DNA of 64,000 nt from a candidate division FCPU426 bacterium (GTDB taxonomy: Bacteria; Oederibacteriota; PGYV01; Palsa-1178). Of the stretch, positions 1 to 10,100 are shown piece after piece. The stretch is from assembly GCA_963840035.1 (NCBI GenBank), contig CAWIXE010000001.1, forward strand, positions 1,120,001 through 1,184,000, written 5' to 3'. Within the stretch, counting starts at the first letter, position 1. Each line of letters begins with the position of its first letter. The notes beneath the pieces were generated by a model. That model searched no databases. It was not told where the DNA came from and was given only the letters and a program-made list of their open reading frames with translations. The position numbers were made by a program, and so were the translations under genes.

Positions 1-1776
1 TATACCGTGAACGAAAACGAGAATGTTAAAAAGGACGGGACAAGGGTATGGATAGCCTGGACAAACAGGGGGAAGTTTGACAAAAAAGGAAGGCTGATTG
101 GCGCGCATTGTTTCGGCATAGACCGGACAGGGCAAAAGCGCGCCGAAGACGAGCTTAACAGGTATAAGGGCTCGCTGGAGGAACTGGTAAAGTCAAGGAC
201 GCTGGAACTTAAAAGGTCCTATGACGAACTGATGGAAAGCGAGACAAAATTCAGGACCATGTCGGATCTTTCGCTTGTGGGCATGATTGTGCTGCAGGAC
301 GGCCTGATAAAATACGCGAACAACGGCTTTGCCCGGATGACAGGCTATGATATTGATGAACTCTATTCCATGGAACCCGGCGGCTTTCTGAGGATGATAC
401 ATGAAAGCGACAGGGCTTTTGTGGAAGAACAGGCAAGGAAGAAGCAGCAGGGGGAAAAAGGGTACGTTACAAATTATCAGGCCCGCGCCAGAGCCAAGAA
501 CGGGGAGTCCCGCTGGGTGAACATATTCGGGAATACCATACTTTTTGGCGGCAGGCCTGCGGATTTTATAAGCATTGTGGAAATAACTGAGATGAAGAAG
601 GCCGAGGAAGCCCTCAGGATATCAGAACAAAAATTCAGGAATATATTTGAGGAAGCGCCTGCCGGGATATTCCAGTCCACATATGAAGGGAAATTCATAA
701 GCGTGAACGCGAAGCTTGCGGAAATGTTCGGCTACGCATCGCCCGCGGCAATGCTTGAGGAAGTCACCGATATAAAAACGCAGCTTTTTGCGGACCCGGC
801 GCAGAGAAAAATAATCGTGGAAAAATCAAATGCGTCATCTGGTTACGCCCACAATGAAATACTCTACAGGCGCAGGGATAACAGCAATTTTACCGCAAAC
901 ATATACATGCGCGCGGTCAGGGACCTTGACGGGAAAACCCTGTTTTTTGAGGGATTTGTTGAGGATATTTCAGAACGAAAGGCCGCGGAAAAAGAACTTG
1001 AGAGATACAGGACACACCTTGAGGAACTTGTGGAATCAAGGACCATGGAATTAAACGCCGCAAAAGAGCAGGCGGAGTCGGCGGACAGGCTTAAATCCGC
1101 GTTCTTAGCGACCATGTCGCATGAATTAAGGACGCCGTTAAACTCCATCATCGGTTTTACGGGCATACTTTCGCAGGGGCTCGCGGGGCCGCTTAACGAC
1201 GAACAAAAAAAGCAGCTTGAGATGGTGCGGTCCAGCGCCGCGCACCTGCTGGAGCTAATTAATGACGTGCTGGATATATCAAAAATTGAAGCCGGTCAGT
1301 TCAACATTTCCGCAGCTGAGTTTAACATGGCCGACGTTGTAAAAAAGGCTGTAATGACGGCGCAGCCCATGGCCGAAAAAAAGGGGCTGATATTTGAGTC
1401 ATACATAGAAGAGAATGTGGGAAACGTGTCAGGCGACCGTAGGAGGGTGGAGCAGGTAATGCTAAACCTGATAAGTAACGCGGTGAAATTCACTGAAAAG
1501 GGGCGGATCCGGGTTGAATGCGCGCGCACCGATGATTCGGTCGAGGTTAAGGTTGCAGACCAGGGCATAGGTATAAAAAAAGAGGATATTAAAAAAATAT
1601 TCACTCCGTTTCAGCAGCTTGATTACGGAATGACAAGGCATTACGAAGGCACGGGGCTCGGGCTTTCGATCTCAAAAAAACTTGTTGAATTAATGGGCGG
1701 GAAAATATGGGTGGAAAGCGAACAGGGAAAAGGCTCTGTGTTCGGCTTTTTAATACCGCTTAAAAAGGGGGCGTGA
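1..1776 (+). CDS. Multi-PAS sensor histidine kinase (5'-truncated by the window edge)
   Basis: Frame open from base 1. PAS/PAC repeats, H-box FLATMSHELRTPLN, N-box NLISNAVKFT, G boxes DQGIG and GTGLGL. Confidence 0.93.
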   Translation, partial: YTVNENENVKKDGTRVWIAWTNRGKFDKKGRLIGAHCFGIDRTGQKRAEDELNRYKGSLEELVKSRTLELKRSYDELMESETKFRTMSDLSLVGMIVLQDGLIKYANNGFARMTGYDIDELYSMEPGGFLRMIHESDRAFVEEQARKKQQGEKGYVTNYQARARAKNGESRWVNIFGNTILFGGRPADFISIVEITEMKKAEEALRISEQKFRNIFEEAPAGIFQSTYEGKFISVNAKLAEMFGYASPAAMLEEVTDIKTQLFADPAQRKIIVEKSNASSGYAHNEILYRRRDNSNFTANIYMRAVRDLDGKTLFFEGFVEDISERKAAEKELERYRTHLEELVESRTMELNAAKEQAESADRLKSAFLATMSHELRTPLNSIIGFTGILSQGLAGPLNDEQKKQLEMVRSSAAHLLELINDVLDISKIEAGQFNISAAEFNMADVVKKAVMTAQPMAEKKGLIFESYIEENVGNVSGDRRRVEQVMLNLISNAVKFTEKGRIRVECARTDDSVEVKVADQGIGIKKEDIKKIFTPFQQLDYGMTRHYEGTGLGLSISKKLVELMGGKIWVESEQGKGSVFGFLIPLKKGA

Positions 1777-2153
1777 TGGGCAATAAAATTTTATATATAG
1801 AGGATAATGACCAGAATTTTTACCTGGTAAAGTTCATACTTGCAGCCAGGGGGCTTGATGTGGTACAGGCAAAGGACGGAATATCAGGGATAGAGGCGGT
1901 AAATGAGATAAAACCGGATATTGTGCTGCTGGATATTCAGCTTCCGACTATGAGCGGTTATGAAGTGGCAGCGGAGTTGCGTAAAAATACAAGCCTTAAC
2001 AATGTGCCCATTATAGCGCTTACATCATATGCTATGGCCGGTGACCGGGAAAAGGCGATGGAAGCCGGGTGTACCGGGTACATAGAAAAACCAATAAACC
2101 CGGATACGTTCCTCGGGCAGGTCATGTCGTATTTAAACGGGGAGGAAAAATGA
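1773..2153 (+). CDS. Single-domain response regulator (DivK/CheY-like)
   Basis: ILYIEDN, LLDIQLP (phospho-Asp), ALTSYAM and KP motifs; start overlaps the kinase stop. Confidence 0.92.
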   Translation: MMGNKILYIEDNDQNFYLVKFILAARGLDVVQAKDGISGIEAVNEIKPDIVLLDIQLPTMSGYEVAAELRKNTSLNNVPIIALTSYAMAGDREKAMEAGCTGYIEKPINPDTFLGQVMSYLNGEEK

Positions 2154-3376
2154 AAAAAATACTTATTGTAGATGACAATTCAAATAACCGCTATTACCTT
2201 GAGCAGCTGCTAAAAGGGGGCGGTTTTGAAACGGCTTCGGCAGTGAACGGGGAAGAGGCTTTGAAAATGGCGTCTGAAAAGAGGCCCGACGTTATCATAA
2301 GCGACATTCTGATGCCGGTGATGGACGGTTTTGAATTGTGCAGGCGGATAAAGGCTGACAGTAAACTCTGGCAGATACCGATTATCATATATACGGCCAC
2401 TTATACCGAACCTGAAGATGAAAAATTGGCGCTGGATCTGGGCGCGGATATGTTCATTGTCAAGCCAAAACAACCCGAGGAACTGCTGAAAGCCGTGGGT
2501 GAAATGCTGCGTAGAGGGGTAGGGGGAGGAAAGGAGCTGCACCCGGGAAAAGATATGGAGAACAGGCTCGCGCTCTTGGACCAGTATAATAAAACGCTTT
2601 TTCATAAGCTTGAACAAAAGATACAAGACCTGGAAGGCGAGGTCCTGAAAAGGACAAAAACCGAGGAAAAACTATCGCTCACGGTAGCGGCGCTTAAAAA
2701 ATCAAACGCAGAACTTCAGAAATTCACAAATGCGGCGTCGCATGACCTGCAGGAACCCCTGAGGATGGTATCGAGCTATGTGCAGCTGTTGAAAAAGAAA
2801 TACACTGGAAAATTGGACAATGAGGCTGAAAGCTATATAGAGACCGCTGTCATGGGGTCAGTGCGCATGAGCGAACTGATAAAAGGCATGATAGAATACC
2901 TTGATGTGGATTTAAAAGCACGGGAAGCGGAAACATGCGACATGAACGAGGCGGCGGACGCGGCAGTCGTGGATTACAGTTTGCAGCTGCATGAGAAAGG
3001 CGGTTCTATAAGCAGGGATACACTGCTGCCGGTAAAGGGCGAAAAGGATAAAATAATAAGGGTCATAGGAAGTCTTATTGACAATGCCATCAGGTTCTCC
3101 AGAAAAGGCGCTGCGCCGGCAATTCACATATCATGCGAAAGTGAAGGCAATGCGGTAAAGTTCGGTGTAAAGGATAACGGCATCGGCGTGCCGGCGAAGT
3201 ATTTCAATAAGATATTCATTATATTCCAGAAACTGCACCCCAAGGATGAATACGGCGGAAACGGCATGGGGCTTGCGATATGCAAAAAACTTATAGAAGG
3301 AATGGGCGGGGATATGTGGGTGGAGTCTGAGGAAGGGAAAGGTTCGGAGTTCTTTTTCACGCTGCCGGCCGCGTAA
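2150..3376 (+). CDS. Hybrid receiver-histidine kinase
   Basis: ATG 2150 after GGAGG, overlapping the upstream stop. REC domain (ILIVDDN, SDILMP), H-box ASHDLQEPLRMV, DNGIG and GNGMGL. Confidence 0.9.
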   Translation: MKKILIVDDNSNNRYYLEQLLKGGGFETASAVNGEEALKMASEKRPDVIISDILMPVMDGFELCRRIKADSKLWQIPIIIYTATYTEPEDEKLALDLGADMFIVKPKQPEELLKAVGEMLRRGVGGGKELHPGKDMENRLALLDQYNKTLFHKLEQKIQDLEGEVLKRTKTEEKLSLTVAALKKSNAELQKFTNAASHDLQEPLRMVSSYVQLLKKKYTGKLDNEAESYIETAVMGSVRMSELIKGMIEYLDVDLKAREAETCDMNEAADAAVVDYSLQLHEKGGSISRDTLLPVKGEKDKIIRVIGSLIDNAIRFSRKGAAPAIHISCESEGNAVKFGVKDNGIGVPAKYFNKIFIIFQKLHPKDEYGGNGMGLAICKKLIEGMGGDMWVESEEGKGSEFFFTLPAA

Positions 3377-3429
3377 CTTTTTCACTTAATTTATCTGCCC
3401 GGACACGCAACCCGTCAACCGGCAATTCG

Positions 3430-3628
3430 ATATTGTCAAGAATTGTGTGTAAATTGTTTTGTTCTTTTTTCCCTCTCCCCTTGGGAGAGGGTAGGGTGAG
3501 GGGAATAAGACAATTGGTTTCACCTCACCCCAGCCCCTCTCCTAAGAGGAGAGGGGGAGCAGTGGTAGAAGAAAATTAACACGTTTAATATAAGCAAATA
3601 TGAATTTACACACGATTATATACAATAA
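3430..3628. mobile_element. MITE-like element containing a pair of REP-like hairpins
   Basis: Imperfect 26-bp terminal inverted repeats (core aattgtgtgtaaatt 3441-3455 / aatttacacacgatt 3603-3617), flanked by a perfect 10-bp direct repeat cggcaattcg (3420-3429, 3629-3638). Internal inverted ccctctcc..ggagaggg hairpins at 3471-3504 and 3521-3557. Confidence 0.7.
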
Positions 3629-3644
3629 CGGCAATTCGTTCTTA

Positions 3645-3673
3645 TTGCCTTAAAGTTTATTTTCTGTTATTAT
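3645..3673 (+). promoter_or_regulatory. Putative sigma70 promoter
   Basis: TTGCCT-N17-TATTAT with extended -10 TG, upstream of the ORF at 3700. Confidence 0.5.
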
Positions 3674-3699
3674 TAATGCATTAATCATACGGAGGGAAT

Positions 3700-4404
3700 A
3701 TGGACGCATCCACAAGGCTTTTTTCATTTGTAGTCGAGCTGGTTTTTCTGCCGGCGCAGATAGAGGACAGGAAAATAAGGGAAATCTTCGATAAAATATC
3801 CGATAGCCACTCAATCACGTCGTTTATGACCATGCCGGACGGCTCCATACAGATGGCTTCAAAGGATGAAAAGAATAACCTTACCAAATACCGCGTATTA
3901 AAGGACAGGGTTGTACTTTCCTATGATTTCTGCGCGAACAGCTTAAACTACTATCAGGGGCTGGTAACGGATTTTACTGAGATTTTTTCCGCCGCTACGG
4001 GGGTTCCCATGGCCATCATGCACAGTGTTATCATAAGGAAACTTATCAACTTCAAAGGCATAGAGGATTCAAGGGATTTCCTCATTAAAAAGGTCTTTTC
4101 ACTGACTGAGGGGAACCTACAGAAGTTCGGCAGGCCCCTGCATATGATGGGAACGAGGATATTTTTCCCTCCTGTCCCGGCTGATATGGTGACATACGAT
4201 ATAAAGATAGAAAGCTCCATGGAGGATTACAGGACGCTTTTTCTGGAATGCGTTTCAATATTTTCAAAGCCAATTGATTTTAAATCAAACGGAATGACCG
4301 AACTGTCCGCGGACATAAATAAGGCGGATGAGTTTTTGAGCAAAAACATAATGGGGTTTTTGGAACAGTTCAGCAGAAATAGTGAGACAGGAGACAAGAG
4401 ATAG
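3700..4404 (+). CDS. Hypothetical protein
   Basis: 234-aa ORF with GGAGG RBS; no motif recognised. Confidence 0.75.
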   Translation: MDASTRLFSFVVELVFLPAQIEDRKIREIFDKISDSHSITSFMTMPDGSIQMASKDEKNNLTKYRVLKDRVVLSYDFCANSLNYYQGLVTDFTEIFSAATGVPMAIMHSVIIRKLINFKGIEDSRDFLIKKVFSLTEGNLQKFGRPLHMMGTRIFFPPVPADMVTYDIKIESSMEDYRTLFLECVSIFSKPIDFKSNGMTELSADINKADEFLSKNIMGFLEQFSRNSETGDKR

Positions 4405-4461
4405 GAGACAGGAGTAAAACAAAACCGTATTTGTTATACTCTTGTCTCTTATCTCCAGTCT
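4384..4461. repeat. Inverted pair of 7-bp tandem repeats
   Basis: gagacag-gagacaa-gagatag-gagacag-gagta followed by the near-complementary tactc-ttgtctc-ttatctc-cagtct. Confidence 0.65.
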
Positions 4462-4494
4462 AAAAAATAATAAACTTTAACTTCCGGAGGCATT

Positions 4495-5979
4495 ATGAAG
4501 GTATCATCCAGCGCTAAAAACCTGTTCGACATCCCGGCAGGCATGTACGTTGTGCCGGTAATTAAGGGCGATAGGAAGCAGTTTTCAGGCAAAACTTACG
4601 CGCCGCTTGGCGCAAAGATAAATTCGCTGGTGAACTCAGGCGAGATTGACGCGGATTATAAAAAGAAATCCGTGTTCACGCTTGAGACAAAAAGCGGGCT
4701 TAAAAAAATATTTTTCATCGGCCTGGGAGAAGCAGAAAAACTTGACTCTGAAAAGTTGCGTGAAGCAGCCGGTTTTTGCCTGAAGGAAATAAAGGCGTTG
4801 GGCGCCAAAACAGCCGCAAGCGTCAGCTTTTTAAGCGATTCCGCTGATTTCAAGGCCCAGCTTGAAGGTTTTATGCTGGCGGATTACGTATATTCGTCGT
4901 TTAAAACCGGAAAGAAAGACCCGGTACTTGACAGTCTTGTCTTCGCTGCTGCCGGTTTAAGCTTAAACAAAGTCATTGATGAGGTTGTAACTGTTGTTGA
5001 CGCGGTATTTTTCGCCAAGGAACTCATGAACGGGCCTTCGAACTATTCAACGCCCACAAAGATAGCGGCATCAGCCATGGAAGCAGCAAAGACATCAAAG
5101 AAGATCAAAATTAAGGTGTTTGAGCTCGCCGAAGTAAAAAAGATGGGCATGGGTTCTTTTTATAATGTGGCAAAGGGTTCGGATGAGCCGGCTAAATTTA
5201 TCGTAGCCGAGTATAAAGGCGCGTCTGTTTCAAAGAAACCCGTGGTTTTCGTCGGCAAGGGAATCACCTTTGATACCGGCGGCATATGCCTTAAACCCGC
5301 CACGAGCGGGCTTTCAGTTATAGAGGACATGAAATTTGACATGTCAGGCGCGGCAGCCGTAATCGCGCTTATGAAAATAATCGCGTCGCGGAAACTGCCG
5401 ATAAACGCCGTGTTCATAGCGCCTGTAACTGAGAATATGCCTTCAGGAAAAGCATATAAACCCGGGGATATTTTAAAGACGCTCTCCGGCAAGACCGTTG
5501 AGGTCATTTCAACTGACGCGGAAGGCCGACTGATACTTTGCGACGCGCTTTCATACGCGCAGAAATACAAACCCATGCTTATAGTTGACATAGCGACCTT
5601 AACAGGCGCGTGTGTTATGGCGCTGGGGCATTACGCCACAGGCTTGATGGGCAACAGCCCGGAATACATGGAACTGATGGAAAAAGCGGGCGAGGAGAGC
5701 GGCGAGCGCGTGTGGGAGCTTCCCATGCTCGAGGAATACGCGGTAACGCTTAAGTCAAAATACGCGGATTTAAAAAATCTGGGCGAAGGCGGCGCCGGCA
5801 CGGCAGTCGCCGGGCTTTTTCTTAAGGAATTTGTGGGCACGACGCCGTGGATACACCTGGACATCGCGGGTACGGCTTACGGAATAAAAAATAAATCATA
5901 TATTCCTGACGGGACAGCGGCTACAGGGGTAAGGCTTCTTTACGAATTTACAAAAAAACTCATTAGAGGAGGGTATTAG
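4495..5979 (+). CDS. pepA: Leucyl aminopeptidase (M17)
   Basis: GKGITFDTGG, MKFDMSGAA, STDAEGRLILCD, DIATLTGA and WIHLDIAGT motifs. Confidence 0.96.
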   Translation: MKVSSSAKNLFDIPAGMYVVPVIKGDRKQFSGKTYAPLGAKINSLVNSGEIDADYKKKSVFTLETKSGLKKIFFIGLGEAEKLDSEKLREAAGFCLKEIKALGAKTAASVSFLSDSADFKAQLEGFMLADYVYSSFKTGKKDPVLDSLVFAAAGLSLNKVIDEVVTVVDAVFFAKELMNGPSNYSTPTKIAASAMEAAKTSKKIKIKVFELAEVKKMGMGSFYNVAKGSDEPAKFIVAEYKGASVSKKPVVFVGKGITFDTGGICLKPATSGLSVIEDMKFDMSGAAAVIALMKIIASRKLPINAVFIAPVTENMPSGKAYKPGDILKTLSGKTVEVISTDAEGRLILCDALSYAQKYKPMLIVDIATLTGACVMALGHYATGLMGNSPEYMELMEKAGEESGERVWELPMLEEYAVTLKSKYADLKNLGEGGAGTAVAGLFLKEFVGTTPWIHLDIAGTAYGIKNKSYIPDGTAATGVRLLYEFTKKLIRGGY

Positions 5980-5980
5980 C

Positions 5981-6547
5981 ATGAAAAAGTTACTTGCGGT
6001 TGTACTTTGTCTTATGGTTTCAGTTTCACTTTTCGCGGCGGCCGAGGAAAAATCGGATTTCACCCCGCTTAAAGACAAGCTTTCACTCGGTTTTAATTTC
6101 TCGGCACAGGAAGTTTCGCTCAGGTTGTGGCCGACTGACAGCATCGGCGTTCAGGCAACGGCCGGTTTTCAGATGTACGGAAATTCCATGTCATTTGGCC
6201 TGGGCGGCGGCATGGTAATCCCGATGAAGGAAAAAGGAAGCCTTGCGTTTAACCTTATTCCGGGGCTTAAGTTTAACTACGCCAACTCGTGGGGAACCAG
6301 ACCTGTCACGGATATCAAGTACAGCGACAGCACGATTGATTTCATGGGAGGTGCTGAATTTGAAGTGGCGCTTCTTTTAAGTGCAATCAGCGACAAACTA
6401 TCTATAGCAAGCGGTATTGGCTTTTGGCTTGGAGTAAACATTGAATCACATACTGAAGATACTACGACTACATCAGAAACACATTTTGTCCTTGACCTGG
6501 CCAAATCAATCGGCGTAAAGGTGCTTGAAATCAGATACTACTTCTAA
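5981..6547 (+). CDS. Secreted protein, probable small outer-membrane beta-barrel
   Basis: Signal peptide, alternating hydrophobic strands, C-terminal IRYYF. Confidence 0.7.
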   Translation: MKKLLAVVLCLMVSVSLFAAAEEKSDFTPLKDKLSLGFNFSAQEVSLRLWPTDSIGVQATAGFQMYGNSMSFGLGGGMVIPMKEKGSLAFNLIPGLKFNYANSWGTRPVTDIKYSDSTIDFMGGAEFEVALLLSAISDKLSIASGIGFWLGVNIESHTEDTTTTSETHFVLDLAKSIGVKVLEIRYYF

Positions 6548-6560
6548 AATATCTTTAATG

Positions 6561-6591
6561 AAAAGGGCAGCCTAACGGCTGCCCTTTTTTT
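6561..6591 (+). terminator. Intrinsic terminator
   Basis: aaaagggcagcc-taac-ggctgccctttt stem followed by a T run. Confidence 0.85.
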
Positions 6592-6612
6592 ATGCCGGTT
6601 ATTCCGGGTATT

Positions 6613-6667
6613 GGCAGCCGCAGCCTCCAAGTCCGTCGCAGCTTAAGCGGAGACGGATTAGGCTGCG
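6613..6667. repeat. Compound REP-like element (copy 1)
   Basis: ggcagccgcagcct + 31-nt hairpin insert + ttaggctgcg; homologous to 35504-35558. Confidence 0.7.
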
Positions 6668-6698
6668 AAACGCCGGCGTTTTAGAAACTTATGCATAT

Positions 6699-6895
6699 GG
6701 CTGCGGGAACGGCAAATGTTTTTTTGATGCGGGTTAAGCTGTCTTGAGGTGATGCTGAAGTTTGCAGTTTAGTCGCGGGAGGCGATATGTTCTAAAATCG
6801 TTTTGTACCCAGCCGGGCGTGAGGGCCGATAGTTTACCCGAGGCAAAAGTTTGAACACCAATATCATCAAAAAAACATTTGCCGCTCCCGCAGCC
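6699..6895. mobile_element. MITE-like element with 31-bp terminal inverted repeats
   Basis: ggctgcgggaacggcaaatgtttttttgatg (6699-6729) versus catcaaaaaaacatttgccgctcccgcagcc (6865-6895): one mismatch. No target duplication seen. Confidence 0.6.
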
Positions 6896-7094
6896 GCTTA
6901 GCTGTCCGCATTACTTTTGTCTCCAGTCTCTTGTCTCGTTTTACCTCAAAGTAAATTAACTATATAATAAGGAAGAAAAAGCAACGAAAACATGCCGACA
7001 GCCCCCTTATATTAAAGGTGTATTATGGAAAAGTTAACCAAAGAACCCAAAAACCCCAAAAAACTCTTTTAAAGTAGCATCCAATTAATTGGTG

Positions 7095-7122
7095 TTGACT
7101 TTTTTCTAATCTATGCTAATAT
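7095..7122 (+). promoter_or_regulatory. Putative sigma70 promoter
   Basis: TTGACT-N16-TAATAT with TGn extension. Confidence 0.4.
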
Positions 7123-7171
7123 TTTATATATATTGAATAAATCCCTCTTTATAAGGTCACGGGAGGCACAA

Positions 7172-10100
7172 TTGAAAAATTTTTCCGTCAAAAAATTACT
7201 TGTTACAGGTATTTTTGTAGTTTTATTCGCAACTTTCAGCGCCATTCAAGTCAATGCAGCCTATGTTATCTCCTCGCTGGATGTGCAGGTTTCACCGGCG
7301 GGCCAGACGGCAAAAATCGGGGATTACCTTCTTTTCCAGATGGCTGTCATCAACGCGAGTACGACGTATTCGAATGTCCATGTCGTAACCGCGACAGCGA
7401 CTACGGTTGTCATTACCGGTTCGGATTTTCCAGCCGGTTCCCCGGGCAATATGGTCTTATATGACGACACGCACACTTGGATTGTGAATGCTTATACGGA
7501 TATAACGGCAAGGACAGTCACTCTGGATGAGGCGCCCGGAAGGAAGATGGCGGGAAGGGCCGTATCAAACTACATGTCGCTTGCATCAGCCACATTTAAG
7601 GCGTCTGACGGCACGCTTGTTACCGGCGGTTCGCCGACTTTGGACATACTTCCGGCGTTAAACGGCATAGCTGTTTTTGACGACGGCGACGCTTTAAAGC
7701 ATAATGATACTTCAGGCGGCGACGGCATATGGAATGCCAAGTACATGATAAGGGAAATATCAGGCAAGCCTTTTGAGACAAACCAGCTGACCATAAGGGG
7801 ACATTATTTTGACGGAGCAACTTCTTTTGCCAGCAATGACGGCCTTCAGATAATGTCAAATCCGGCGATAAAGGTTGACGGAGTCAGGCCTGTAATACTT
7901 AACATAGACCCGAACCCTTCCGTATTTAATCCGGACAAGCAGTTCATGCAGATTTTTTATTCTTTAACAGAACAATCAATGGTTAAATTTAAAATACTTG
8001 ACGGAGCGACAACTGTAAGAGAAATGGCTGCCACGGGTTATTCGGGAGTCAACCAGCCGATCACGTGGGACGGACTTGATAATAACGGGGACATGGTAAT
8101 AAGGGACAGGGATTATGATTACCAGTTTGATATTACAGATGTTGTGGGAAATACCGGAGCGTCAGCCACCGGCAGAATAAAGACAACTTCAGTTGAGCTG
8201 GAAAACAGCATGTTTACCATAGATACTCAGTACAACCACCAGGACCCGGAGTCGGAGGTGGCGGTAATAGCTGAGATGACGTTTAAGCTGAAGAACGCAA
8301 CAAAGCCAAACCTGCAGAATCTCGGATTTGACTATACATATGGAGAGACGGCCACCACGCATGACTACATGAACTACCCGTACATTAAATATGACTTTAA
8401 AATATATGACAGCGCAGGAGCGCAGATAAGCGCCAACTCGAGGGATACGAGCGCGCTTGACATGGACCAGTACTATATGGATTTGAATAATGACAGGTTT
8501 TTTGCGTGCCCTAAGTTCTTTGACGGATGGGATATAACCGGACGCGTTTCAAATACGAAGGTGCCTTTTGTTTATGCTCCGGTGCCTGTTGTCCCGTGTA
8601 ATGTCACAAACACGGTGATTTATACCGAACCTGACGGGAATGATTCAAATGACTGGGATAATACGTTCGCGGTGACTTTGAACGATCCGACCGGAGCGGG
8701 AGATTACACGCTATCAATGAAGATAACCCATTATATGTCCGGTATGACGCCCGGGAATTATATAACCGCGTTCAGGGGACAGCTTGTGGGAAAGGAATTA
8801 TTTAAAACAAACAGCAAACCGCTTGAAGGCGCTGTGGATTGCACAACGGGTACCGTCACATCCCAGGTAAAATATTATTATGACACATATCATGTGGCGC
8901 CGAGTTTTTTCAGCAGCGACGGTTTTTTCGGGGATGAACGCGGTTACGGACTCTGCTCGCAAAACATACAGTCGGCATTTATTATAGAGCAGGATGTTGT
9001 TATACAGCCGCTCGATAAGACGCCGCCGACCATAGTTAAGATGTCCGAGTACCCGACAAATGGCTCCACGGTATCGCCGGGAACTATTTCCAAATTAAAC
9101 CCTATTAGTGTCACGCTGACTGACGACGGCGTCGGCCATGGTTCGTCAAATAACTCTAAAATCGAACTTTATAACCCGTCTGGAAATAAAGTCGGAGGAA
9201 CGCCGAGCTGGACAGGCGTTGCCAATGATCCGAAATCCTGGGTGCTTATATTCACGCCGGATGCGGATGTGGTGGTCGGAGGGGTATATACCGTTGAAGT
9301 AACGCCGGTTGACGCGGCAAATAACATAGGGCCGAAAACAGTATTTTCTTTTACCGTATATGATACACTGGCTCCGATAGTGAATAACGTAAATGTTAAA
9401 TCCAGCTCAAACGGTTCGCAGAACCTTTCGGGATACACGGACACGCAGATAAACTTCCTGGTATCATCAGTTGAAGCCACGCTCATACCGGCAGGAACAT
9501 CACCCGTTGACTGGACCGCATCTTCCATAAGGGTCAGCGGGGTTGCCGGAACGGTTGCCCATGATAATGGCACAAATGTAATCAGATTTATTCCATCGAG
9601 CACGCTTGTTGACGCGCATTACACGGTAATAATTAACGCTGTGTCTGTGGCTCAAAATGGGAATCCTGCAAACTCGGCAACATATACATATACTTTCTAC
9701 ATAACCACATCAGGAGTCGTATATGTGGACATATCCGGAACCGACGAGAATCCCACTACTTATATGAGGATACTTACATTTGACCCGCTTGATTCCGGCA
9801 TATCCGAAAACGGAGGAGTGACAAATCTTAACCCGGCGACGGATATAACTGTGGCCTCAGTCGCGTCACCTCCGCCGGCGCCCACAGGCCAGACAATCAT
9901 GGGGGGCGTAGTGAGTTTTTCCCTTTCCGGCTCATACAGCCTGCCTGCGGTATTTGATGCAAATAAATGCTCGGCCATACTGCGCATGCATATCACGGTA
10001 ACTGATTATAATAATCTTCTAAACCTGGGGCTTACATCCGCAAACTTGAAGCTTTACGTCTGGGATGGGGTTTCCTGGACACAGATTACAACGCTTACAG

